A stretch of DNA of 64,000 nucleotides, taken from Eledone cirrhosa. Taxonomy: Eukaryota. The notes under the pieces are model-generated. The model was given only the letters and a program-made list of their open reading frames with translations. It was not told where the DNA came from and made no database searches. Each line of letters begins with the position of its first letter. The stretch's first letter is position 1. This document shows, piece by piece, positions 1 through 12,117 of the stretch. The position numbers and the translations under genes were made by a program. The stretch spans positions 307,086,001 to 307,150,000 of the forward strand of contig OZ024740.1 of NCBI GenBank assembly GCA_964016885.1, in the 5' to 3' direction.

Positions 1-818
1 TATATTATTGTTAAAACACCCTTCTCATCTAACTGTCTTATAAGACAGAAACATTATAAGTCAGAATAACCTGACACAATAGCTCTGATGAAGCATGTGA
101 CAAAAAGCATTTCTATATTCAATATTAACATTTTACTGTCCAACTTATGATTCTAACTGCATCTTCCTGAAGATTGTTCCAGACTCTGGTAAAGGAGGTT
201 TCTAAACAAAATGTAAATCTTGACATAATCCATTGTACAGGGCCAGATTAAGACATTTAGAGGCCCTAAGCACGAACAGATTAAGGTTAATCCAGAGCTG
301 TCATTGCAAATGCATTTTCAGGTATGAAGGTGATTGATCTCTTGCAGTGTTCTGTTAAGCTTGTGACAGAGTAAATCTGTAGTCTTATAGTCTTTGGTTC
401 ACAGATAACATGTTTCCATTGAGGTTTCCACAAATATTTATGATCTATCATGAATTGCAATGACTTTGAGAAGTTTCTTTGATAGAAACATCTTGAATTA
501 CCACACACACATACATACATACACACATGTATATTTATACATATATAAATATATATATCTCTATGTATGTGTGTGTTTGTATATGTGTGTGTGCATGTTT
601 GTGTGTTTGTGTGTGTGAGTATATATGTATATATACATCTGTTATCTTTATAAACATCCACAAATATGTATGACACTTTTTCTCTAGTATTATGTATAAT
701 TTGTTTGGTAGCAATGTGCAAACACTGGTGAATTTAGATTAACAGACAATTGGGTACACAAAGAATGATTGATGCATTATGTATATGGTGTGCAGTATGT
801 GAGTGACTGTATAATAAA

Positions 819-822
<4 letters not shown>

Positions 823-885
<63 letters not shown>

Positions 886-931
886 TAATATATATATATA
901 TATATTATACTATATATATATATTATACTAT
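823..931. repeat. (TA)n microsatellite with TATTATAC variant units
   Basis: Direct reading. The same variant motif recurs at ~1420, 1720-1775, 2810-2935 and 9011-9285. Confidence 0.95.
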
Positions 932-1403
932 CATCATCATCATTATCATCATCGTTTAACGTCCCTGTTCCACGCTTGCATGGGTTTGGACGGGGGTTTT
1001 CCCACTTGAGGCAAGAGTGGTTGTCTTGCTCGCATAGGACTGTCTGGCGGGTTTTCTACAGCTGGATGCCCTTCCTAACACCAACCACATTTACAGTGTG
1101 AGACTGGGAGGTTTTTACCGTGTTGCCAACGCGGCCACATTACAGCGTGGACTGTGTGTTTTTTTGTCGTGACACCTACACGATCTCATTTGTTTCGGCC
1201 TGAATGTTGTGGCACCAACATAACTTTGCATTGAAGGGGGCGGTGTGGATGGGGTGGGACGGGGGTGTATTTTGTTAGAGATGCCTACTGACTAGTAGGT
1301 TTTACTTTGTATTTAGGTAAGGCGCGTCTTCTCTGTTACTGAGTACCGCCAAAGGTCTCGGTCCAGTGACATTGTCTTGGAGAGGTGTAAGTGTGTGAGG
1401 TCG
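932..1403 (-). mobile_element. RTE-clade LINE family A, 3' end fragment
   Basis: (CAT)n tail on +, 3' UTR near-identical to 26921-27420, and the last ORF codons (..LHLSKTMSLDRDLWR..). Confidence 0.9.
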
Positions 1404-1464
1404 ATATATTATATATATGATATATTATACTATATATATATATATTAATATATATATATATATT

Positions 1465-1713
1465 AAAAGTGACACAGAGGAGACTGAGGTTAGCTGGACA
1501 TGCTCACCGACATCCAGAGTTGACATTGCACTCAGTGCTCCTGTGAGAGCCCCTACAGAGGAAGATCAAGGTTAACGTATGTTGATGCCCTAAGGGCAGA
1601 CACTGGTCTGTTGGAGACGCAGGACATGGCAGCAATAATGAGGGACAGAGACCGTTGGAGAGAACTCGTCCATGGATCTCGGGAATTTTACCCGCCTTAG
1701 ATAGATAGATAGA
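1465..1713 (+). mobile_element. RTE-clade LINE family D, 3' end with (TAGA)n tail
   Basis: Translates (with a frameshift) to KVTQRRLRLAGHAHRHPE..GRSRLTYVDALRADTG..MRDRDRWRELV, a typical RTE C-terminus. Ends TAGATAGATAGATAGA. Flanked by (TA)n on both sides. Confidence 0.8.
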
Positions 1714-2087
1714 TATATATATTATACTATATATATATATATTATATATATATATATAATATATATATTATACTATATATATATTATAATTTTTTGCATG
1801 ATTTACACTTACTGAATTACTTTGCCAAAATCTGGGGATATTCCCCTTGTGATTTCCACACGTGGTTTAACTTACCACCGTGTCATTCACTTATTTGGTA
1901 CAGAGCGAAATACCTGTTGATAACGTGATATTCCTTGTTCGATCATTATACCCAAAGCTTATATTTTTAAGCAGACTGTATTTTGATTTAGGTGTCACAG
2001 AAACTCTACATCGGATTTTAACAGCAATTCCGAGAGTCCAGGTCTGGTTATCATTTATTTTTTATCATTTATTTTGTTTTGATGAAG

Positions 2088-2609
2088 ATGGACGGTAGCC
2101 ACGGAATAGGCAGACCTAGAAAAACCTGGGACGAGCTGATAAACTCCGACCTCACACACTTACACCTCTCCAAGACAATGTCACTGGACCGAGACCTTTG
2201 GCGGTACTCAGTAACAGAGAAGACCCGCCTTGCCAGTAGGCATCTCTAACAAAATACACCCCGTCCCACCACCACCACCCCCACCCCATCCACACCACCC
2301 CGTCCTATGTAAAGTTATGTTGGTGCCGCGCCATCCGGGCCGAAACAAATGAGATCGTGTAGGTGTCACGACAAAAAAACACACAGTCCACGCTGTAATG
2401 TGGCCGTGTAGGCAACACGGTAAAAACCTCCCAGACCCACACTGTAAATGTGGTTGGTGTTAGGAAGGGCATCCAACTGTAGAAAACCTGCCAGACAGTC
2501 CTATGCGAGCAAGACAATCACTCTTGCCTCAAGTGGGACTACCCCCGTCCAAACCCATGCAAGCGTGGAACACGGACGTTAAACGTTGATGATGATGATG
2601 ATGATGATG
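2088..2609 (+). mobile_element. RTE family A, 3' end fragment
   Basis: DGSHGIGRPRKTWDELINSDLTHLHLSK.., family A 3' UTR and (GAT)n tail. Confidence 0.9.
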
Positions 2610-2936
2610 ACCTGTTTAGCTTGATTTGGTTTTTGGCTTGGATGGTTAATGCCTTCTTGACCACCTTTTCAGTTTTGTATGGCTTCTTAACACATTGTTT
2701 AGCTCTGGTTTTTAACTATTGAGCACTTTGCCAGTATCATTTCTGATTTTTTGCATTTCGCTTCGCTTTTCCTGCCCGCCGAAATGCGATTCTCGCTGAA
2801 TCTTTATTTGTATTATACTATATATATATATTATACTATATATATATATATTATATATATATATATTATACTATATATATATATATATTATACTATATAT
2901 ATATATATATATATACATATATATATTATACTATAT

Positions 2937-3048
2937 CAGTCCTATGCGAGCAAGACAATCACTCTTGCCTCAAGTGGGACTACCCCCGTCCAAACCCATG
3001 CAAGCGTGGAACACGGACGTTAAACGTTGATGATGATGATGATGATGA
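2937..3048 (+). repeat. Local direct duplicate of the RTE tail at 2496-2609
   Basis: Identical, including copy-specific variants (CAATCACTC, GGGACTACC, AAACGTTGATG). Confidence 0.9.
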
Positions 3049-3203
3049 TATATCTGTTAGAACACGAAAAGTGTGAAACAACAGAATGTTCACTTTTCGT
3101 GTTCTAACATATATGCCTAACATCTTCATAAATTTTTCGGGGATAGCCGTGGTGGTGGTGATCGTATGTCATTGGCTAATTTTCAACCAATCAGAGTAAG
3201 TGT

Positions 3204-3253
<50 letters not shown>

Positions 3254-3321
3254 ACACTTACTCTGATTGGTTGTGGTTACCTCCGATTCAACCCGGAATA
3301 ACGTATATATATATATATACT

Positions 3322-3560
3322 ATTCCCCCTCTCTCTATATATATCTTACGCTTTCGCTTTACACTCCTCCCCTTCAATAACACATTTCCCCCTCTCTATA
3401 TATCTCTTCCACTGTTACTTACGCCTGTTTCTCTCGTCTCTATATATATATCTCTCTTACTCTTTCGCTTTGCACTCCTCCCCTTCAATACCATCTTTCC
3501 CCCTCTCTATATATTTGTTACTCTATCGCTGCACGCTCCTCTCCTTCAATATATCAATTA
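3322..3560. repeat. Degenerate pyrimidine-rich minisatellite
   Basis: Recurring TTCCCCCTCTCTATATAT and CACTCCTCCCCTTCAATA units, 3-4 times. Confidence 0.7.
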
Positions 3561-4631
3561 CACACGCTTTACACTCCTTTATCCCCAGCGCCCCTATATA
3601 TACACCCCCCTCCCGCATCTATATTTTAATGTTCCGTTGCACCGTGAATATATGTGTCTATATATATATACATATATATTGTATATACACATTCATGTAT
3701 GTGTATACACACTCATGTATGTATATACACTGGTTTTATGTGTGTATTGTAAATTTGTACTGTTAAAACACGAAACTAACATTCGATTGACACTTTGATT
3801 ACCTGTACAGGCAATAGTTATTAGAATGCTGTTGAAGTGTGTATATATTTTTGGGGGACATCCTGTATATACACACATTATATATAATACAATAAACAGA
3901 TAAATACACACATATATATATGAGCTTATTTAATTATAAATATTGTGAATTTTTAACTCAGTTCAATTATATATATAAATGGCTTCTACAGGACTAGAAC
4001 TGTTTCATTCGAAAGAAATCATCATAATATTGAGAGGGGGGACTAGATAAAATATTTCAAATCAAATGTGTATAAGTTAAAATGTATAAATAGAGACGAT
4101 AGTGGAGGTATATCTGTTTAGTGGAACAGTAGACGATAGAATTAAATACAGACGAGAATCTCCCTTTAATGAAACAGCAGACGATAGAATTAAGGCAATT
4201 TAAATTTTAAGCATTTGCATTTCATCGTTACGGGGTCGATAAAATAAAGTACCAGTAATACACTGTCACTATAAGTAGACGACTTTCAAATTGAATTGTT
4301 GGTTCCATTTCTTTAGTATTTTCAATTGTAGTTATCTACTTAAAAAGCGTTACACGGTTAGAGACATAATTGGTAAGTTATATCTTCCCTATTAAACCAT
4401 TGCATTATTTCGCCTACAATAGAACAAAAATGAAATGTTCTTTAAAGAAACAGGAATATAACTTTATAAAAAAAAAAGTTGCATCCGCTTCTTTTATCAT
4501 TGATAATTTTTTCGTTTTAATATTAATTGTTTTTTGTAGTTGTTTATATTAAAAATCTTACTGTAATATTTACTTAAACGAAGGCAGACATCTAAACTTA
4601 TAGATTAATCTTGAGCGAAGGACTAGATAAA

Positions 4632-4690
<59 letters not shown>

Positions 4691-4977
4691 GAAGAATGAT
4701 AACATTTCAAGCAAAGAGTTTAATTAGGTAATGACTTACAAATTTGTTTCAGTATATATTTAATATAATATTAATATATTTTGTAATATTATTAACTAAT
4801 TATTATAATTAGCGCTTCAGGCTTTGTCTATATACTGAAACAAATTTGTAAGTCATTACCTAATTAAACTCTTTGCTTGAAATTTTATCCCTCTTCGTTT
4901 TGAATTTCTCCTAAGTATTCAATACTCTGTTGAGAAATACATTTTACATAAACAGTCTTTGTACCATTTATACGGTA

Positions 4978-5165
4978 TTCGGTGGATTGGCAGTATCGGT
5001 AGAGGGTCGGACGCCATGCTTTCCAGCATAGTTACGTCCCTTTACGATCTGAGTTCAAATCCCGCCGAGGTTGACTTTGCTTTTCATCCTTACGGGGTCG
5101 ATAAAATAAAGTACCAGTGATGCACTGGGTAATTGCTGGCCTTGTGCCTAAAGTAGAAACAATTA
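4978..5165 (+). mobile_element. tRNA-derived SINE family 1 (Meta/Sauria-like central domain)
   Basis: A-box-like TGGCAGTATCGG, B-box GAGTTCAAATC, body TTTCATCCTTACGGGGTCGATAAAATAAAGTACCAG. More copies or fragments at ~5865-6025, 7330-7505, 12450-12570, 13440-13665, 13680-13820, 46994-47110, 47694-47780, 48919-49030. Confidence 0.85.
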
Positions 5166-5173
5166 ATTACTTA

Positions 5174-5208
<35 letters not shown>

Positions 5209-5259
5209 CGTATGATTAGAACTGTGTTTATTATTAATATTTTAATGGATTTAATGAAA

Positions 5260-5346
5260 AATTTTAGGTGTTCATATATATATTCTAAAACTGCGCGAAA
5301 TCGTGAATCCGCGATAGTTGAACCGCCAAGTAGCGAGGTATCACTG
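5260..5346. mobile_element. Tigger/pogo-like non-autonomous DNA transposon, one terminus
   Basis: Minus strand reads TA|CAGTGATACCTCGCTACTTGGCGGTTCAACTATCGCGGATTCACG, a Tigger-type end. No partner TIR seen. Confidence 0.55.
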
Positions 5347-5374
5347 TATATATGTTTAAATATATAGTGTAGCT

Positions 5375-5839
5375 GTGATGTATCTCGCGAGTGAATCGAG
5401 ACCTGTCACTGATTTTGGTGTCCCCACTGCCGATGTGAATGAGCAACGCTGCACTTGTGAATTGGGTCTTGATGTTGCAGGCAGTTCATATACTTACAAT
5501 GATGCGGTCCCACAAGCTTGTTCACATTCCTGTGCTAATAATCTAGATGGGCGTATTAAATTGGATGTGAAAGCAGCTTACCGGATGCGGAATCGGGAGA
5601 AGTTGAGACAAAAACAGGCCGATTATAGAGCTGTGAATTTTGCTAAATTAACACAAAAACAGGCCAAGTATAGATGTTCAAAACGGGATGAGTTGGCAAA
5701 CAAGCAGGCCAAGTATAGATCTGCAAATTCAGCTATTATATCTCAAAAGCAAGCCGAGCGTAGAGCTTCTAAACGTACCGAGTTGGCTAAAGAGCAGACC
5801 AAGTACAGATCTGCAAATATCTTATTGCACAAACAATAA
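5375..5839 (+). other. Orphan ORF fragment with a 15-aa (45-bp) basic tandem repeat
   Basis: KQADYRAVNFAKLTQ / KQAKYRCSKRDELAN / KQAKYRSANSAIISQ / KQAERRASKRTELAK / EQTKYRSAN. Probably TE- or virus-derived. Confidence 0.5.
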
Positions 5840-6204
5840 TTCTGCACAAATGTTGCTCCATTATTTTGGCAGTATTGGTAGAGGGTCGGATGCCATGCTT
5901 TCCAGCATAGTTCAAATCCTGCCGAGGTTGACTTTGCCTTTCATCCTTACGGGGTAGATAAAATAAAGTACCAGTAATGCACTGGGTAATTGCTGGCCTT
6001 GTGCCTAAAGTAGAAACAATTATTAGATCTAATGTTGCAACGATACAGTTAAATGTTGTCTGTGTATTTTAAAAAAGATTTGCTTATAATCTTTTCAAAT
6101 TTCATTACGCCAATGATTCAAGCTCAAATTGACATTATCTAAAAAATTGTACAAACAGCGGTGGATTAGCAGTAGTGAACAGATAAATCAGTCAATTTAT
6201 TAAG

Positions 6205-6862
6205 ATTGACTTGGCATCAATCAGCAAGACCTTCATTAGCTGCTCTCCAGCCATCTATTTAAAGCTGTATACATCTATGGTACGAATACACTTGGAGTTC
6301 GCGTCATCAGTCTGGAACCCCTATCTTGCTCAGAACATTGACCTCCTGGAAACTGTTCAGAGACATGCAACCAAGCGCATACCCTCCATCAGACACCTAC
6401 CATACCCTGAATATTTTGCTTTCCTCTGGCAATGGACTTGGTAAACACCCACAAAGTTATTAACCATCCGACCAACAACAACCCCGAACACCTTTTTGAT
6501 CTCCATGTGTCTAACACGTGGACATGCCTACAAAGTCAGAAAACAACACAGCTCCCATGACTTTAGGAAATATTTCTTCATGCTCAGAGTTGCTGAAGGA
6601 TGGAACAAACTTCCTGCATCAGTTGTTAGCTGATGACACACTGCATCCTTTAAAACCATCATACATTCCGAAATACACCAAAACTACACCTGATGTCCCC
6701 CTTCCATACACATGCACATATGTGTATATCATGACTCATGCACTGTTCTTTTTTCATGACGTTTTTATATTACCCTATGTATTATATATGCACTTTTGAT
6801 GAGTTGTAGTGCACCTCAGCATTGTACACAATATTTTCATTATTATTATCATTATTATTATT
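6205..6862 (+). mobile_element. CR1-group LINE 3' fragment
   Basis: LKLYTSMVRIHLEFASSVWNPYLAQNIDLLETVQRHATKRIPSIRHLPYPE is the conserved post-RT region of CR1-group ORF2. (ATT)n tail at ~6840-6862. Confidence 0.85.
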
Positions 6863-8054
6863 ACACTCATTGATCCATTTTGCACTAACTCTGCATCAAG
6901 CACCCTCACCTAAATATTAACCAATCAAGGATCCAATACAGCTATCTGTTGGATGAGTATTGTATAGTGCCAAAAACGAAACCAATCAGTTTAGCAGAAA
7001 GTTTCCAGACAAGAAACACGCATATTTTGCTATCCTCAAACACGTTTACACATGGCATGAAATATAACTAATCCGAGATGGCTAGGTTTCATCTTCTAAC
7101 TGGATATACGAAATCCATTATGTCTTGACAACAACATGAGGTAACATTATGTTATTCACAGACACACTTTGTACACTGTTCCATATCAGAATGTATTTCC
7201 TTCGTCACATTCACAAACAGTATTGAAAATATGTTCTTCGGCAAATAAAAATGTTTTGTTCATAATATTTCAACTAGCGATTGCTCTACTCCACGCACGA
7301 CCACCATAAATTAATGACCAGCTCAACACAAGTATTGGTAGAGCGTCAGACACCATGCTTTGCAGTATTGTTATGGTCCTTTGCATTCTAAGTTCAAATC
7401 CTGCCGAGGTTAACTTCGACTTTCATACTTACTAATTCGATAAAATAAAGTACCAGTAATGGACTGCCGTAATGGATTTGTGCCGAAAAATAGAAACACT
7501 ATTAATGTGCAATAAGAGCAAAATATAACGACATTGCTCAATTATTTTATCTAATGTTGTAATAACACAAGGAAATGTTGTTTGTGTATTTTTTTTTATA
7601 TTTGCTCATAGGCTTTTACAATTTCGCTCAGCCAACAACTATTAAAAAGTGAGTTGCTTAAGATAACAATTTAATCACAAATTGTTGCTATCTTTTAATA
7701 CACTCCAACAAGTCATCAAATTATGTACAATAAAAACAAATCTTATTAATTTGCTCAGGGTATATAAAGAAAATGTATATACACTGATAATTGCAATTGT
7801 ATGTAAATATTTTGTTTTTGTATTGTTTATTTTATGTTTTCTATTATGTATAATATATTGATTTAATATTGATTGTTTTTTGTAGTTGTTTATATTAAAA
7901 GTCTGAAAATATTTTTATACATCTTACACTAATATTTATAAGATAATTTATAATAACAATTACATAATCTAATTACATTACAACGATAATTTATTATTAA
8001 TATATATCCTCTTTAACTAGAGTTATTACAAGCGTTGCCTTAAAAAAATATTAA

Positions 8055-9011
8055 ACTAGACATGAAAAATGCGCAAGCTCAAAAGTGCCACAGAATGTTA
8101 TAATAAACCTTCAAAAGTGTGGGACTAGAGTTGTTGCTAAAAAATATTGTAATCATTATATATCGTACATTCTGTGGCATCCTTTATAAAAATAGCTTAA
8201 ACCAACGAAGCCTTTATTTTTACGCTATTTCACTTAGTTAATTCTTAGAGTGTAACATATAAAAATAAATACATCTATGTTTAATGTAATAACAGCTATA
8301 AATAATTACGTAATATTATTATCATATACTCATAGTAACAAAATAATTGTGTTGAAAATTAATATGATGCTTATATGAACGATCAAATCTATAATGATAA
8401 TTTCTTAAATATACTAATAGTAAAATAATTTAGTTATCTATTGTTACATTTTCATAGAACTATAATATTAACAATCGTATTGCATTATCAAATTTTTATC
8501 ACTACAAACTTTCATATTGGAATTACCTTAAGCCACTTATTATTACTTCGCTTTCGTACTTTTACAGCTGTAGATATTGCGCTGTATCTTATATCTAATA
8601 TCAATATCTCATGGTAATTTGCATGCAGTGTAAAATAGGTTTATTAATAACTTTAATATGAAATGTATTATACAGGGCTGCGGAGTCGGCCAAAAATTGA
8701 CTGGCTCCAACTCAGGATCCGATATTCCCTTATTTCCTAAATTTCAGCTCCGCAGCTCTGTTATTATATTAATTAATTTATTTTATAGTTGTAAATCATA
8801 TTTTTATATGTTACACTCTAAGAATTAACTAAGTGAAATAGCGTAAAAATAAAGGCTTCGTTGGTTTAAGCTATTTTTATAAAGGATGCCACAGAATGTA
8901 CGATATATAATGATTACAATATTTTTTAGCAACAACTCTAGTCCCACACTTTTGAAGGTTTATTATAACATTCTGTGGCACTTTTGAGCTTGCGCATTTT
9001 TCATGTCTAGT
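8055..9011. repeat. Inverted repeat with ~213-bp arms (8055-8267 / 8799-9011)
   Basis: Arms are reverse complements with no mismatch noticed. The right arm ends on a (TA)n tract. Confidence 0.9.
8673..8760. mobile_element. 88-bp hAT-type MITE
   Basis: TIRs CAGGGCTGCGGAG / CTCCGCAGCTCTG (12/13). 8-bp flanks GTATTATA / TTATTATA (7/8, TSD). Confidence 0.8.
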
Positions 9012-9097
9012 ATATATATATATTATACTATTTATATATATTATACTATATATATATATATATATTATACTATATATATATATATATATATATATTA

Positions 9098-9133
<36 letters not shown>

Positions 9134-9285
9134 CTATATATATATATTATACTATATATATATATTATACTATATATATATATATTATACTATATATATA
9201 TATATTATACTATATATATATATTATACTATATATATATATTATACTATATATATATATATTATACTATATATATATATATATAA
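9011..9285. repeat. Compound (TA)n-TTATAC microsatellite array
   Basis: About a dozen [(TA)n TTATAC] units. Confidence 0.95.
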
Positions 9286-9559
9286 CGAAGGAAGTGTGGT
9301 AAGGAACTAGATGGACTCCAAAGCACCAGAGTACTCAATACTTAGGGTAATAGAGTGGGTAATAGGAAAAAGTTTAACCACGACGACAGAGCTGAAACCG
9401 TTTCGACAGCTATTTCTGGACTCAGTCCAGAAATAGCCGTCAAAATGGCTTGAGCTCTGCCGTCGGGGTTAAACTTTTTCCTATATACATGTTTATACTT
9501 AGATGTTTGCCTGCATAAAGATAAATGAAATAATACACACACATACATACATATATATA

Positions 9560-10250
9560 TTATGGTGAAGGAATAATAGTATAATAGACATAGTCATAAA
9601 AGCTGAAAGACTGGAAGAAAGGAGTGAGCAAAGAACAATATCAGGTAGCTAGAAAAGGGGCTTAACATCAGGTATACTTAGAAGGAGAGAAGCTGAAAGT
9701 TAGATGTTTTCCAATGTTCTGGAAGGAGAGGATGGGCAGCATCAACTAATCCGTATGCAAAGCAGTGTGTCAGTGTTAATCAAGATGATGTTAGTGAAAA
9801 ATCTGTTAGCAATGATAGCAGCACTCTTGCCCTCATTATCAATGAAAAAGGAGAAGAATGGAAATATTACTGTAAGAGATTGCTGAATGAGGAAAATATG
9901 TAAGAGAGAGAGAGAGAGTGACAACACTAGGTAGACTCAGTAAAGGAAGCAGCTATGGAAGTTGACAACCAACAGTCCAAACAACCATTAAGAATATGAA
10001 GGCAGGGAAAACAGTTTGACTATGAAGGTTAGTTACTGATATGCTGATGATATTAGGTAAAGTAAGACATATGATATTCACTTGCAAGTAGTACAAGAGA
10101 TGCAATTCCCAAAGACTGTCATACTCAAAGTCATTAAATGCTAAAGAGCAAAAGAGATACACTAGGAAGAATTAATTATAAAAGCATCAAATTGATGAAG
10201 CAAGTTATGAAAATAACAGAAAGAATGATAGCTCAGTTAATAAGATAAAC
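9560..10250 (+). mobile_element. Old, decayed RTE ORF fragment (endonuclease-RT linker)
   Basis: Degenerate homology to the RQVY..REAE..FxNVL / CVxxNxDxVGEK / KxGK / IKLMxQVMKxTERxIAQLI region of the younger copies. Confidence 0.7.
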
Positions 10251-11022
10251 CAGACACACACAAATAGATCAAGTAAACAACTAGTAGCAAGTAGGAAAGA
10301 GAGAAAGTAGATAAATAAATAAATGTATAAGTATATATACAAATAAATAAATTAAATAAGAAACACACTCACACAAACCCATATATAATACATGCATGGC
10401 CCAAGTACACAGCTCACATAAACAAAATGGTATAAGACAAAACAAAAGAGAGAGACAAAATAACAACAAAAGTAGTCACTGAGGAGATCACAGAATGTGT
10501 GATGAATAAACTTTGATGACAATCAACAGCTAAACAACCATCCAGCTATTAAACCAACCGACTGAGAAATTATAATAATAAATTGAAGTGAAATCTAACA
10601 TGTGCCCCAACCATGGGATACCACATCTACGATGGATGATTTGTATAATGTTGAGTGCTTTAATTTATTGCAGCATCATTTACTAACCATAATGTTAACA
10701 TACTTTTACTCATAGCTTCGTACTTACAAGCACACACACACTCTTTTACTTACATATACACACACATATCCTCTTAACTTCGTACAGACGTATAATAACA
10801 TGCGCATACGCACAAGTATAGCTCTTTATATAAAACTTTTTTTCCATTTCAGGTAGACGCGTTCCATCATCTACTTTTCTAAAAAATAAATCATACACAA
10901 AACGCCAGCATCAACAGTTTTCCAAGAGATGGCAACATGAATGGACCTGTTATTTTTCTCTAAAAACATTTTTTCCAATTCCACCCCACCTGTCCCTTCA
11001 ATCTTTCTAATTACCCATTCTT

Positions 11023-11058
11023 TCTTCTGATGAAGGACTAGCATATGAAACGTTAAGA
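11023..11058 (+). ncRNA. Minimal type-I hammerhead core in a Penelope-type terminal repeat (degenerate)
   Basis: TCTT-CTGATGA-AGGACTAGCATAT-GAAAC-GTT-AAGA. The paralogous copy on - at ~42242-42276 restores stem II (GGA..TCC). Flanks are shared between ~10925-11060 and ~42240-42390. Confidence 0.6.
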
Positions 11059-12117
11059 CCCTCTTCCTGTTATTTCAAGTGTTAACTTAATATATTCCTT
11101 CCATATACTGTACTGATTGTGTTGTTATTTCTGTTTACCTTTTACATAGATATATATTTACACACACACACACACACACATATATGATAAATAAATTGAA
11201 AACACACGTGCACAGCTATGAATGTGCTGTAATTCCATAGTATCAAATGTTCAGGTAATTCAGTCTTTTATTCATTCCATTTTTTATGCTCTTTGACATG
11301 TGTCTATCATGCCAACATCATTCATGTACATTGTCACATAACAGGAGAAAAAAAATAGACAAACACTTGCATAGTAAAAAAAAATGTTAATTTGCTCACT
11401 AAATTATTCCATAAACCTAGTAAAATTGGAAAAGAAATTTTAAGATATGCAAATATTTCCTTTAATAACCACAAGTAAATTACCATAAAATAACTTTATG
11501 AACAAACATTTAAAAAAATGTTTGTATAAATCAATATTAAAAGAATATGGGTAAATCTAAAAGAAAATGTAAGAAAACTCATGAATTTTTATCAATTTCC
11601 CGTTGATCACAAAAGATTCCAATGTTTTTTATTTTTAAATTGTGGTAAAGTTGGTGTGTATAGAGATCAGTTACACTTTCATTCTATCATCTGCTGATGA
11701 AAATGAGGTATGAATCGTCATCATCATTTAAAGTCCACTTTCCCTACTAGCAAGGGTTGAAAAGGTCTTCACAGACCGGGACTATACTGAGGCGGGATCA
11801 CTGACCTCCCAGATAGGCTGGAGATTTGTATCTCACTAACATATAGTTCTGCATTCTACCAAGTACATTTTATTGTGGCACCAACACTAGAGAGACTGTC
11901 ATGTCTTAGACACAACCTGTGAGAGGCCTCCCAACCTTTTGTTTGGCAAACTTTCTATGGCTGGATGCCTTTCCTAACACCAACCACTTTACAGTGTGTA
12001 CTGGGTACTTTTATCATGTAGATCACCAGCACTTTGGAAGTTGTCATGAATCCATGTCCAAGTGATGCATATATAGAGAATATATGTGTATATTTTAGTG
12101 CGTATACTTTGATTTAA

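Noticed and set aside
238-275. hAT-like left ends at 238 and ~35763; Tc1/mariner-like ends at ~3865 and ~12600; Helitron-like end at ~8013-8040
   Set aside because: Single termini without a partner TIR or TSD. Too little support to annotate as elements.
9011-9285. CRISPR-like repeat/spacer periodicity
   Set aside because: Spacers are only variable-length (TA)n, the context is eukaryotic and there are no cas genes.
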